DNA of 64,000 nucleotides from a virus. The stretch spans positions 1 to 64,000 of the IMG/VR virus record IMGVR_UViG_3300048930_000192; one strand, given 5' to 3'. The position numbers and the translations under genes were made by a program. Positions 9,690 to 19,801 of this stretch are shown one piece after another; the stretch's first letter is position 1, and the number at the start of each line of letters is the position of its first letter. The notes beneath the pieces are model-generated. The model searched no databases and had not been told where the DNA came from. It was given only the letters and a program-made list of their open reading frames with translations.

Positions 9690-11435
9690 TTATATCGCGT
9701 TTAACGCGGTAATCTCATCGAATGATACGTTGGAACGGGTCGCCACAAAGCTAAGCGCTATGGTCGAGATGCTCCTGCTAGGTTTTACAAATATAGTTGC
9801 CACGAATCTATTGCCATCAACTACCTCTGCGGTGTTGTTGGTTTCGTCACAAACAACCTTGAAGTCAAAGATACCTCTACGAGATTGTACGTCACGAAGG
9901 AACGGCTCTATTGTAGATACGAAGATTGCGCGAGTAAAGGCGTCGTTGAACTCGAACAACTGATACTTGGCAGCAATACTAATTGCCTTCTCTAGAGTGA
10001 TGAACAATCTACGAACATTGATTCTATCGAATGCACTTGGCTTAGTCTGCGCAGTCTTATCGCCATACAGAATAGTGCCCTCACCAGGGAACGTAACAAC
10101 AGGGTTTACACCCTTCGAATACAATGCATCTCTGTGAGCAGAAGTAGGATTATATGCAAGTTTAGAAAGGTTACGAATTTGACCACGATTGAATCCGGCT
10201 GGCGACCACCACGGATCGTTGGTAAGATCGGTTCTGGCGCAAAGACCAGCAATATCAGAGTTTAGACAGGTCCAACGGTAAACGTCATTATAACGGTCAT
10301 ACTGCTGTCTGTAACCGGTGTCAATAAAGCAATAGCTGTTATTGCCGATTGTGTTGCGAAGATCAAGGCAGGTATCCAACTTAGTTTGTTCAGTTGCAAC
10401 TGGGTTCTTGACATCAGGCGACACAAAGGCCACACAATCAAGACGAGCCTTGGCAATATCTGCAACGTCTTTGGCAGCAGTCTTGCCAAGTGGCCCAGCA
10501 ATTAGCAGAGAAACGTCTACGTTGTCGGTATTGGTAAACATACCATAACCTTCGCCGGAGCTAGAAGAGATGGTAGATTCGGATGGGGCGACTGCGTTGC
10601 CACCGGTGAATGTATAACTTGCACTGCCAGTCAATGAACTCCAAGAATATGCATTCGGAGTGATTATACCAAATGACCCACCTTCTTTTGCGTCACGGGT
10701 AGATATGCCAGTTGGGTGGTTGATCCACCATACATACTTAGAATCGTTCAAGATGTCAACGTAGTAATTTGAGCTGCCGTCCGCCTTGCGGGCACCACGA
10801 GCCTTGCTCAAACCTTCGTGCAATTCGAGAATAGATCCAGTAGATCCACTGAATTTACCATTCAAGTCACGAATTACAATGTGGATTTCATCGTTAACAC
10901 CACCCAAACCTTCTACAAACGGCGAAGTACCAGGTGGATTGGTAAAGTACGCACTGAGCGACCAACCATTGAAAGCAGTCACACCGTCGCACAGATCAAT
11001 CTGCAAGCTGTTTCCAAGTTTACCAGCATACTTACCAGCAATTGCAACTCCTGTGCCACCGCCGCCGCCGAGCCAACCACCGTTTGAAGAAACATTAGAT
11101 TCATAATGATCTGAATTCTTTATAAGAATTGGGCTGGGTGTAGAAGTTGCGCCGGCTACTGCGTTGGTGCTACTACTGTCAACAACTCTTACTACTTGAA
11201 GATTGTTACCGTATGCTAAGAAATTTGCTGCGCTAAAGAAATACTGATAGGTATTTGCGTCAGGTGCGCCAAATAGCTGCACCAAACTAGATTCACTATC
11301 AATCAGAATTCTTTGTGCAACCGGGCCCCAACTAAAGTACCCTGCAATACCAGCAGGCGTGGTAGCCACTGCTGGAATTATGGTACTTAGATCGGTTTCC
11401 TGGACCAAAACTCCAGGGCTTACTTGAAATGCCAT
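9690..11435 (-). CDS. gp18: Tail sheath protein (gp18-like)
   Basis: MAFQVSPGVLVQETDL, PWWSPAGFNRGQI and LYGDKTAQTKPSAFDRINVRRLF motifs. Confidence 0.98.
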   Translation of the reverse strand: MAFQVSPGVLVQETDLSTIIPAVATTPAGIAGYFSWGPVAQRILIDSESSLVQLFGAPDANTYQYFFSAANFLAYGNNLQVVRVVDSSSTNAVAGATSTPSPILIKNSDHYESNVSSNGGWLGGGGGTGVAIAGKYAGKLGNSLQIDLCDGVTAFNGWSLSAYFTNPPGTSPFVEGLGGVNDEIHIVIRDLNGKFSGSTGSILELHEGLSKARGARKADGSSNYYVDILNDSKYVWWINHPTGISTRDAKEGGSFGIITPNAYSWSSLTGSASYTFTGGNAVAPSESTISSSSGEGYGMFTNTDNVDVSLLIAGPLGKTAAKDVADIAKARLDCVAFVSPDVKNPVATEQTKLDTCLDLRNTIGNNSYCFIDTGYRQQYDRYNDVYRWTCLNSDIAGLCARTDLTNDPWWSPAGFNRGQIRNLSKLAYNPTSAHRDALYSKGVNPVVTFPGEGTILYGDKTAQTKPSAFDRINVRRLFITLEKAISIAAKYQLFEFNDAFTRAIFVSTIEPFLRDVQSRRGIFDFKVVCDETNNTAEVVDGNRFVATIFVKPSRSISTIALSFVATRSNVSFDEITALNAI

Positions 11436-11473
11436 TGTTTAATTCTCCTTAAAGCCTTTTTATGTACGTTAGA

Positions 11474-11481
11474 TATTTATC
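11474..11481 (-). promoter_or_regulatory. Probable late promoter GATAAATA upstream of gp18
   Basis: NATAAATA in the gp17-gp18 spacer. Confidence 0.55.
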
Positions 11482-11493
11482 TTTTTGAGGTTT

Positions 11494-13263
11494 TTAAAAG
11501 AATGCATCCAATCGATCTTGCCCCTCTTCACCACGATTATAATGACGTTTTGTATAGTCTCGTATTCTATCAAAATCGTCTCTTTTTCTGTCCATATTCG
11601 ACTTTTCTTCTGCCAATGCCCGCATATCTGCTTCTGGTGATTCTGATGGATCGTAGAAATCTATAGTGCCGTCGTCGATGAATCCAAACAGACTGACGCT
11701 TTCTTCTAGTTTGCGCATTCTTTCTTTGTATAGATTTTTCTTTAAACTTATATTGGTATAATCTTGGAAATACGTCTGAGTAGTCAACCATGCGAAGGCA
11801 ACTAAAGTCATTACAAGGTCGTCGTGGGTGTCTTTTCTTGCTTGATAAGAACCATTAGTCTTTGTAGACCGAACGAAATTGCTCAATTCAGAAACAATAT
11901 CAAAGTCTGCAAATATTAGTTTCTTATCGACAATAAGATCCTTTAGCTGGGCACAGCCTTGAATCTTTACTGGCCCAGACATCTTTAGACCATATCTTAT
12001 ATGCTTGCCGCCGAAGCCACCGTCTGCCTTTTGACCAGACTTGTCTTCTGAACTAATCAATATTAGATTTGGATAACAAACCTCGTCACTATTCATATCA
12101 GCAGCCACTGCTTCGCCAAGGTCGTTTAATTCGACTAACATATATGCATCATTGTACTGCCGACCAATGCGAGCAAGTATGTTTGGCAATAGCTTTGGGT
12201 TAACAGTATTATTCTTGAATGTTGCGACTACTTTGTATGGTATTTCTGTGCAATCTATTATAGTTGCGGCATGATAATCTTCGCCCATACCTCTACTGGT
12301 ATCTACGCACATCGTATACGTTCTACCCTGTTTGGGCACTTCGTAAATCTTCAATCCTTCTTCGTTTGAATACAACGGATCTGCATATACCATTTCCATA
12401 AGAGCAGATGGTGGCAATAGTGTATTATCTGATCCCAGGAATTCGACTTCATATTCAGACCGCCACTTAGATTCCTTGTTTGAAGGAAAGTTAGCCATGA
12501 CGGTTTGCTTGAATTTCTCATCTCTGCCAGGCACTTCATTCCACTTAGCAGTGCAGGTAGCATAGTTATTTCTACCATGCTCACTGTCGTTCCATAGTTT
12601 ATAAAACATATTAAGACCGTTTGGTGTACTAACTATGATAAGTTTGGTTGTATTACCAGACGTAATAGTTGGAAACACCGAGCTAAAGAATTCCTCTGCA
12701 ATATTTGGACTAATGAACGCGAATTCGTCGATGATAACGATATTAGCACTTTGGCCACGAATTGCGCTTGCGCTGGTTGCATTGACTCTAACTTTGCTGC
12801 CATTTTCTAGATGAATAGAGTGTTTATTCCATTCAACGACACCCTGCTGCATCCATTTAGGCAAATTCTCGTATGCTAGTTTTACTACGTCCAATAAATT
12901 TTTTGCAGTATCTTCTTTGTTGGCAAGAATAGAAACCTTGACGTTGCTATTAAACAGAATATAATGAAGAACATATGCCATAGTTGTAGTAGACTTGCCA
13001 GACTGACGAGCACACCGTACTAGCACAAATCGGTTATTGTGCATAGTATTAATCATATTTTTCTGAAAATTGTAAGGTTTAAACTTAGTAACACCATGAT
13101 CGAGTGTAACAATGTTAACGTAGTTTTCCATAAAATATACAGGGTCTTCTGCACATTTAGTAAGTTCTACAATTTGTTCTTGAGAAAACTCATATTGTAT
13201 ACCAACTGGCTTTAATTGTGAATTGCCAAGATAGCTGTCATCTGGATTGTTCATTTTCGCCAT
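11494..13263 (-). CDS. gp17: Terminase large subunit (gp17-like)
   Basis: Walker A ARQSGKST, Walker B IVIIDEFAF, IVSTPNG, nuclease motifs CVDTSRG and HDDLVM. Confidence 0.98.
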   Translation of the reverse strand: MAKMNNPDDSYLGNSQLKPVGIQYEFSQEQIVELTKCAEDPVYFMENYVNIVTLDHGVTKFKPYNFQKNMINTMHNNRFVLVRCARQSGKSTTTMAYVLHYILFNSNVKVSILANKEDTAKNLLDVVKLAYENLPKWMQQGVVEWNKHSIHLENGSKVRVNATSASAIRGQSANIVIIDEFAFISPNIAEEFFSSVFPTITSGNTTKLIIVSTPNGLNMFYKLWNDSEHGRNNYATCTAKWNEVPGRDEKFKQTVMANFPSNKESKWRSEYEVEFLGSDNTLLPPSALMEMVYADPLYSNEEGLKIYEVPKQGRTYTMCVDTSRGMGEDYHAATIIDCTEIPYKVVATFKNNTVNPKLLPNILARIGRQYNDAYMLVELNDLGEAVAADMNSDEVCYPNLILISSEDKSGQKADGGFGGKHIRYGLKMSGPVKIQGCAQLKDLIVDKKLIFADFDIVSELSNFVRSTKTNGSYQARKDTHDDLVMTLVAFAWLTTQTYFQDYTNISLKKNLYKERMRKLEESVSLFGFIDDGTIDFYDPSESPEADMRALAEEKSNMDRKRDDFDRIRDYTKRHYNRGEEGQDRLDAFF

Positions 13264-13777
13264 TACTAATATCCTCTATCTTTATTTCTTTTAATGGTTC
13301 TTCTGCCTCGGTAATCTGTTGAATGATTGGCAACTTATGACTCTTTATGATGTCTAGAAGGTCTTTAGTAGAACCAATATACATAGAATTGTTTGTATTG
13401 TTTATGCTATTAATACTAGTAATTCTTTCGATATTCTTTATTTCTTTAACTCTCTTGTGCAAGTCTATTAGCTTTTCATTGGCTTCTAAAGTTGCTCTAA
13501 TTAGATCTGCGGCAACTTCGTATGCACTTGGTTTATCTGTTTCTTTGGCTAACATCAATATGCCGTCTACTGCTGCATTGCTCTTGGCTATGATAGACTT
13601 GATATTGCGTCTAATTTCATTATAATCTATTTCTATATTAGAGTCTATAGCCCTATCCGCATCGCCAGTAGCACCAACTATTTCCGTAGACTCTGGTAGA
13701 TTAGCGTTTGCCGGTACTATATCAATGATCGGCTCGATATGAAACTCATTAGAAAGATTTCTATCAATATTATCCAT
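13238..13777 (-). CDS. gp16: Terminase small subunit (gp16-like)
   Basis: DYNEIRRN...PSAYEVAADLI...LIDLHK...NNSMYIGSTKDL; overlaps the gp17 start. Confidence 0.9.
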   Translation of the reverse strand: MDNIDRNLSNEFHIEPIIDIVPANANLPESTEIVGATGDADRAIDSNIEIDYNEIRRNIKSIIAKSNAAVDGILMLAKETDKPSAYEVAADLIRATLEANEKLIDLHKRVKEIKNIERITSINSINNTNNSMYIGSTKDLLDIIKSHKLPIIQQITEAEEPLKEIKIEDISNGENEQSR

Positions 13778-14561
13778 ATGGTCCTGTTATATTAATTTGA
13801 TATGTGCCAGTAGGCCCAAAGCTACCAGCTGTCGCGCCACCAGTAACAGAAACAGATACAGTTTCTAGTAGGTTATAAGAAGTCGATCCGTTTAAGAATG
13901 CATCAAATGAATATCTGTCATAGAAACTAACGTCTGCTGTTCTAATGATCTTGGCTTCTTTAACTGGTCCAATGATTTGAAGTCGCATTATAAAGCTAAT
14001 ACTGCAAATAAATGCTTTGCGTTCTTCAAAGTCGCCTTCATATGGCTCAAAGAATTGTATACCCGCAATAGAAACTGGCACTTCTACTTTATTATTTAAC
14101 GCAATATTATCTATTGTTAGGCTATAGTCGGGTGTAAAATACGGTAATATCTGTTCTATTATTTGAAGCACATCTTCGGTATTCTTACTCATTACATGTA
14201 GAGTAACACTTAAATCGTATGGTGCGTGTACAAACGTATTTCTTATGCCAGTTTCCGGTGAAACAGTAGAATTTGAGAACACTTTACTTATAGTGGATAT
14301 TTTTCTAGTATAATCATACTTTAGGCCAACAATTTCAAATCCCATTCTTGGCAAGCTTATTTCAAAATTGCGGACTAAATTGGGATCACTACTATCATTT
14401 CTTACTATAAATTTCTGTTTTGGTCCATATGAAAGAGGTATTTTAAATCTTTCCAATTCAGTGCCATCGACTGTCTTCCTAGTAATATAGATATCATTAA
14501 ACAGAGTACCAAATGATATTATAGCCTTTCTTATTATACCATGAGAGAAGTATTCTAACAT
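13770..14561 (-). CDS. gp15: Tail sheath stabiliser/terminator (gp15-like)
   Basis: IRKAIISFGTLFNDI, IPLSYGPKQKF, LPRMGFEI and QIIEQILPYFTP motifs. Confidence 0.95.
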   Translation of the reverse strand: MLEYFSHGIIRKAIISFGTLFNDIYITRKTVDGTELERFKIPLSYGPKQKFIVRNDSSDPNLVRNFEISLPRMGFEIVGLKYDYTRKISTISKVFSNSTVSPETGIRNTFVHAPYDLSVTLHVMSKNTEDVLQIIEQILPYFTPDYSLTIDNIALNNKVEVPVSIAGIQFFEPYEGDFEERKAFICSISFIMRLQIIGPVKEAKIIRTADVSFYDRYSFDAFLNGSTSYNLLETVSVSVTGGATAGSFGPTGTYQINITGPYG

Positions 14562-14563
14562 TC

Positions 14564-15421
14564 TTAAGTATCTCCGAAAGGATTATTTTCGTCAAAGTTC
14601 AAAATTTGGTCGCCAGTTTGCTGAATATTTTGATTATCGTTATAGTCATTTTGATCTGTTGTATCAGTTATACTATTAATCTGTGCATAGCCAGAATTAT
14701 ATGAGGCGTATCTTGTAGTAGCCGTACTTGCAAGCCATGACCCGATAACATCTTTGATCTTAATATAAGAATCGGCTACATCTACAACTATACCAGATGC
14801 GTCATATCCAGTAGACCCCGTGGATCCGTTATTATAGTGATATATCGTTTCACCAATTGTTGGCTGACCAATATTAACACCAGTTAGATTTAACGTCATT
14901 CTATAGTCATACAAAGTTGCATAACTATCAATTTCCGGCTCTTTAGTATCAAATACTTCTTGGCTATATTCGAACAATTCGCACCTTAGTTTAAATGTAT
15001 AATTTTTACCCAACTGATAAAAATATGGTTCGTGTTCTACAAACTTTATCTCAAAGAATCCTTTTGTTAGCGGAAAATATATAATATCACCTTCTAGTGG
15101 TCTAGGCATATCAGTTTCTTTCTGAAACCGCAACTTAGAAACACTAAGAACAAGATTATCTTTTACCTGCAAACCAAACTTGGATAATATATCGCCCTGG
15201 CCGTCAAATCCATTCACACTCTCTACATACATTTCAATTGGCTTATGATCTTGAAATACTGATCTTGGATCTTCGCCAAACAATTTATCTTTATTGGCAA
15301 TCGTTCTTGGCAAATAATAAGTATCAAGACCCATTATTTTAATGGATTCAATAATTAGATCTTCTGTTAGATTCTGCTCATTAGAAGCTCTAATCCTATT
15401 AAAATAGTGGTTTGTTGCCAT
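14564..15421 (-). CDS. gp14: Neck protein (gp14-like)
   Basis: EQNLTEDLIIESIKIMG, PLEGDIIYFP, FVEHEPYFYQLGK and C-terminal FDENNPFG. Confidence 0.95.
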   Translation of the reverse strand: MATNHYFNRIRASNEQNLTEDLIIESIKIMGLDTYYLPRTIANKDKLFGEDPRSVFQDHKPIEMYVESVNGFDGQGDILSKFGLQVKDNLVLSVSKLRFQKETDMPRPLEGDIIYFPLTKGFFEIKFVEHEPYFYQLGKNYTFKLRCELFEYSQEVFDTKEPEIDSYATLYDYRMTLNLTGVNIGQPTIGETIYHYNNGSTGSTGYDASGIVVDVADSYIKIKDVIGSWLASTATTRYASYNSGYAQINSITDTTDQNDYNDNQNIQQTGDQILNFDENNPFGDT

Positions 15422-15424
15422 TTT

Positions 15425-16249
15425 TTATCCAATCTCAAAGAACGGTGGATATTCCCACTTAGATCTAACTTCTGCTTCTAATTTTAGTATTTCTTGCTCT
15501 GCTTGCAAATATAATTTGTCGCCTTCTATCATGATGCCACCAGGCAATTGTACGTTATTAAACTTGCTCATATTTGCGCCCCATTGGCGTTTAATAAGAG
15601 CAGTAGCATATTGCTTTAAAAGGATATCGTCATATATTTCCGGATACACAGTAGCGTCATTAATTCTATATGCATCTATAATAAGATAGTCGCCGACTTG
15701 TAGTTCTCGACTCCATTTGGTGTCAATATAAAGACGGTTTCCGCGTCTGTTAAATCGAATCTGCTTGTCTGGGCTTAACATCTGACGAAGAAGAACTAGG
15801 TATTCTTGGGTAATATAATAATGTTGAAGATTTATAGATCCCATTGTGTAGAGATCGTTTAATACATATTGATATCTAACGTCAAACATATTAATGCTAG
15901 ATGCGCTAAAGTGAAATAGATCTCTTACGCTTATTATTGTATCTTCTAGAGGCACAGGAGTAGTTTTACCTACTTCTGTTGGTGTTTGTTCTAAGATGTC
16001 GGCGTTTATAGAACCAGTTGCGCCAGATGCACTTAAAGTAATATATCCGTTTGAAATATCATCTGATGTTACTTGATACTTTAAATATACTCTTTCGCTA
16101 CCGTCAGTAGTATATTCTGCATAAAACTGCAATGCGTCGTCTATTCTATCTGATATTTGAGATTCGTCAACATTTATTTCTATGACAGGATGACCAAGCC
16201 TGCGTAGGCAATAATTGATTAAATCTTCTCTATTTCTTATAGTAATCAA
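15425..16249 (-). CDS. gp13: Neck protein (gp13-like)
   Basis: YCLRRLGHPVIEINV and YATALIKRQWGANMSKF..VQLPGG motifs; TTG start with SD. Confidence 0.95.
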   Translation of the reverse strand: MITIRNREDLINYCLRRLGHPVIEINVDESQISDRIDDALQFYAEYTTDGSERVYLKYQVTSDDISNGYITLSASGATGSINADILEQTPTEVGKTTPVPLEDTIISVRDLFHFSASSINMFDVRYQYVLNDLYTMGSINLQHYYITQEYLVLLRQMLSPDKQIRFNRRGNRLYIDTKWSRELQVGDYLIIDAYRINDATVYPEIYDDILLKQYATALIKRQWGANMSKFNNVQLPGGIMIEGDKLYLQAEQEILKLEAEVRSKWEYPPFFEIG

Positions 16250-16250
16250 C

Positions 16251-16685
16251 TTACTCTCCTATGTCTGGCTTTGGATATTTAGACTTAATATTATTACGCT
16301 TTTTTTGTAGTATCTCTATGCTGTCAGATTTTCCTTCGACAATATGCTCCCATAATGCAACAATTAGTTCGTCTGTTGTTGGATATTCTAATTTTCTTAG
16401 GTCAATATAATCGTCTAGATTTGAATCTTTTTTCTTGGAGTAAAAATTTACAATTGCATCTATTGACTTTGTGCTCTTTAGTATTTCTTCGCCAAGAAAC
16501 CAATTCTTCTCCAAATGTATATTCTGAACTCCTGGTCCATAAAAGTAATGAAACTCGCCACTTTTGTAAGTGCGTCCAGAATAAGATTCCGGTAAACTTG
16601 TCGACCCGGGAAATGCTATATCAACGTATTTTGTTTCATATTCTATACCATTTATATTAACTTTGTCTTTAGTAATGTTGATCAT
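16251..16685 (-). CDS. Putative tail-fibre assembly/chaperone-like protein
   Basis: C-terminal YIDLRKLEYP..DELIVALWE...IKSKYPKP resembles small phage proteins that follow fibre genes. Confidence 0.55.
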   Translation of the reverse strand: MINITKDKVNINGIEYETKYVDIAFPGSTSLPESYSGRTYKSGEFHYFYGPGVQNIHLEKNWFLGEEILKSTKSIDAIVNFYSKKKDSNLDDYIDLRKLEYPTTDELIVALWEHIVEGKSDSIEILQKKRNNIKSKYPKPDIGE

Positions 16686-17335
16686 TATATTAATTTTGGA
16701 TAATAATAATTCGAAGCTGTCATTTTAACTGTTGGGTTAGTAGAGCCACCACCATACTCTATTCTAGCAACCTTTCCGCCATTTAATCCAATTGCGATAT
16801 CTGAAATCTCTGGTACAGCAAGACTAGTATCTTTTGTAATGATGGTGCCGCCATTAACTCTATACTTTGTTGGTCCTGTTGCACCGGTGAGACTTCCCCA
16901 GCCGACAGTGTCATCTAAGTCTCTAAGCATTGCCACACTATCTTGCACATAAACTGCTGCGCAAAAATTATTACTAGAAGCAATACCGGGAGAAGCAATA
17001 AAGGATGAGTAATAAACTTCGCCGCTGCTGTTGTTTGCGTAAATTATACCGCTATCGACCCCTGAACAAGTGCTACCAATATTTCCTACGCTGCTATGAG
17101 ATATAATGTAACCAATCGGTGCACCGTATACATTAACTGTCCAGTTTATTCGATTATCGTCGGAGTTTGCATTTACTGGCTTTTTTAGCGTAGTAAACGT
17201 CGAATTATTTAATACAACAACGCCTGCGTCTACGCAGTTTGATATATTGCCATAAGAATTTGATTCAAAATACGAGTTATTTTTTACAATTATACCATTA
17301 ATACAATTTGAGATATAGAATTGTGGATTACTCAT
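16685..17335 (-). CDS. Putative beta-helix fibre domain protein, possibly the split C-terminal part of the upstream fibre
   Basis: [14 protein letters not shown] and [15 protein letters not shown] repeats; the ATG at 17335 overlaps the upstream stop (ATGAGTAA). The ORF track starts at GTG 17347. Confidence 0.6.
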   Translation of the reverse strand: MSNPQFYISNCINGIIVKNNSYFESNSYGNISNCVDAGVVVLNNSTFTTLKKPVNANSDDNRINWTVNVYGAPIGYIISHSSVGNIGSTCSGVDSGIIYANNSSGEVYYSSFIASPGIASSNNFCAAVYVQDSVAMLRDLDDTVGWGSLTGATGPTKYRVNGGTIITKDTSLAVPEISDIAIGLNGGKVARIEYGGGSTNPTVKMTASNYYYPKLI

Positions 17336-19784
17336 CTGGTGATACACCCCTTGATTTGACGAAAGCGTTTTCTACATATAGGCCGTATTCGAATCCTTCT
17401 AGCCATACATTGTCTTTAATTAGTATGTTTCCACCGTTCTTGACGTATATTCCTTTACCACTAGATCCAGTAACATTGCCAATTAATACTAGAGGCCGTT
17501 TCATTTCATTGTCGCCAATCGTAAAACAGTTGTTTGGACCTTCAGACAAGAAGCAGCAATAGTGGGGGTGTGTTATTCCTTGTGCGACACCCATCATATT
17601 ATTTGGCAAATTAATTGCCACCGATGCAAATTGCATGTGGCCGCTCAAAGAATCAAGTGGGTTACCGGTTATACCAATAGAACTACTAGGTGTTATTCCC
17701 TTGGGAACTTTTACTAGTATATCTACGTTAAAGTCGCCAAATGTCGGGGATCCACTCACAATAGCTTGTAGTTTGTGTACACCATTCATATACGCAGGAG
17801 TCACACCGGGGCCAAAACATACATATCCATTATCAAGAAAGTCATCCGATGCGCCTGTTCCACTCATCAGCCAATAATTGTAGTTTGGATCGCCCAGTGG
17901 TCCAGTCGGACCAGTTACATTAAACGACCCTCTCATGACAAGGGTATTGGGATCACTATATGACTGAGTTCTGTATACAAGCTTTTCTGGATGATCCGAA
18001 ATATATCCGTCTGGAGTTACAATCGGATATGCCAGTGTATATTCACCGGGGGCAAATTCGACGGTTACTTTGCCAAGCCCCTGCTGAGCAGTTGTGTAGT
18101 TAATTTGATCGAATGTTGGTATATTGGCCGCACCACCAGGCAATCCCGGAATTGCATGAGAATCTGAAAACTCATATTTAACAATGTCGCCAGGATTGAC
18201 CTCAATAAGTACTTCGTTTGTTGCTGGCGTGGTTGTGCCAGATCCCGGTGCGCCGTCTGCACCAGACGGCCCTTGAGGACCATCTGCGCCGGTGGGCCCT
18301 GTTGGACCTGCGGGTCCAGTGGGCCCGGTACTACCATTAGCACCGTTAGTACCATTCGTGCCGTTAGTGCCGTTGGTGCCAGTGGGTCCTGCGGCGCCAG
18401 TGGGTCCTGCGGCGCCAGTGGGTCCTGCGGCGCCAGTGGGTCCTGCGGCGCCAGTGGGTCCTGCGGCGCCAGTGGGTCCTGCAGCACCGGGTGTGCCTTG
18501 TGGGCCAATTTCAATGCCTGCGCCGCTTAGTTTCTTATATCGAATAATATAATTGCTCGACACATATGGTGATATATTTGTAAATGGGGTATTTGTAAAT
18601 TCAATTGGATTATTACCACTGGGAATATAATCTTTACCAGTCGAAATAACAGAATTTCTTGCAACTCGTATAGTTGCAGCAGAAGTATATCCTGTTGATA
18701 CACCAGTTATACCAATTTCATGGCTGTGACTAGGAAGATTTGCTTTAGACAAAATGATGTTTTCTTCACCACTCATGTAGCCGTGTGGATAAGAAGCTAG
18801 CCCGTGACCAGTATTGCTACCAACTACGAATCTACCTCTTAAATCTGGTACAAAGAATTTCGTGCTAGTCAGCCCTGCACTCGGCGCAGATCCATACGAA
18901 GAAATTTTAATTGTGGTAGATGAAGTTGTTGTTAAACTTGCAGCACCGGCAATAGTATATTCATTGACAAATCTGCAAAAATTATCTGTTGAAGAAGCAG
19001 ATGTAATTTTTGCAACTATTCTATTTGTGCAACTTGCTGTTGGCGAAGACGGAATTGGCCAACCGAATTCATATCTATCACCAAGTTCAAATCCGTGATT
19101 TTTTGTATGATAAGAAGCTGGATCACTTAGACCGTCATTAAATGTAACTGTACCACTTAGACCGATACCAGTAATACCACCAAAGATATAATATCTGTCG
19201 GCTATTACACCATACAGATCCTCGTATTCGCCAGTTAGACTTGGCGATCCAGATGTAACGTCTTTAGGAAATGCGTCACCATTACAAAGTAGCCAATTTC
19301 CTGGAATATTATTTGGCAAGCCACCGTACGCAATAATAGTACCAACTGGTGTATATAATCCAACTTCACCGCCACCACTAGAACTTGTTCGTAGACTATT
19401 AACTACTATACCAGATGTGACTCCGGTTGCTATGAGTATAGGGTTGGTAATATGACTACTTACATTTGGTGCGCCTGTCAACGATCCAGAAAGCGATCCA
19501 GACAGATAATATATGTTTCCGGGTGTATAAGACACAGAGGGCGAACTGAACGCCCCCTGCATAATTAATTCAAAGCTGCTACCATTAGCAGATTCAACTA
19601 TACCACCAGCAAAACTAGTAGCACTTGAATCAGCTATAGCCAACCGCCAACCAGTCGAAGTATTATATACGACTTGACCCGGAGAAAAACTATTAGATTG
19701 ATTTACTAATATTTTTATACGGCTACCGTCAGAAGATCCACCACTAAGACCGTATATACTTGGATTGATTGCACTATAAGCCAT
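17328..19784 (-). CDS. Tail fibre protein: tail-collar domain, collagen-like G-X-Y region, C-terminal beta-rich domain
   Basis: [16 protein letters not shown]...[13 protein letters not shown]...NLPSHSH collar motifs; GAAGPT and GTN repeats. Confidence 0.85.
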   Translation of the reverse strand: MAYSAINPSIYGLSGGSSDGSRIKILVNQSNSFSPGQVVYNTSTGWRLAIADSSATSFAGGIVESANGSSFELIMQGAFSSPSVSYTPGNIYYLSGSLSGSLTGAPNVSSHITNPILIATGVTSGIVVNSLRTSSSGGGEVGLYTPVGTIIAYGGLPNNIPGNWLLCNGDAFPKDVTSGSPSLTGEYEDLYGVIADRYYIFGGITGIGLSGTVTFNDGLSDPASYHTKNHGFELGDRYEFGWPIPSSPTASCTNRIVAKITSASSTDNFCRFVNEYTIAGAASLTTTSSTTIKISSYGSAPSAGLTSTKFFVPDLRGRFVVGSNTGHGLASYPHGYMSGEENIILSKANLPSHSHEIGITGVSTGYTSAATIRVARNSVISTGKDYIPSGNNPIEFTNTPFTNISPYVSSNYIIRYKKLSGAGIEIGPQGTPGAAGPTGAAGPTGAAGPTGAAGPTGAAGPTGAAGPTGTNGTNGTNGTNGANGSTGPTGPAGPTGPTGADGPQGPSGADGAPGSGTTTPATNEVLIEVNPGDIVKYEFSDSHAIPGLPGGAANIPTFDQINYTTAQQGLGKVTVEFAPGEYTLAYPIVTPDGYISDHPEKLVYRTQSYSDPNTLVMRGSFNVTGPTGPLGDPNYNYWLMSGTGASDDFLDNGYVCFGPGVTPAYMNGVHKLQAIVSGSPTFGDFNVDILVKVPKGITPSSSIGITGNPLDSLSGHMQFASVAINLPNNMMGVAQGITHPHYCCFLSEGPNNCFTIGDNEMKRPLVLIGNVTGSSGKGIYVKNGGNILIKDNVWLEGFEYGLYVENAFVKSRGVSPDE
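18378..18485. repeat. 18-bp tandem repeat x6 (GCCAGTGGGTCCTGCGGC) encoding GAAGPT
   Basis: Five perfect copies plus one copy with a single mismatch. Confidence 0.92.
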
Positions 19785-19801
19785 TTATGATTTACCCTAT
19801 T

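Noticed and set aside
8767-9690. Group I intron or intein explanation for the endonuclease
   Set aside because: gp18 has its own stop, only about 50 nt separate it from the endonuclease ATG, and there is no room for a ribozyme core and no intein splice motifs.
11494-13263. Intein or intron in the terminase or other core genes
   Set aside because: Lengths and motif spacing are normal and no insertion is evident.
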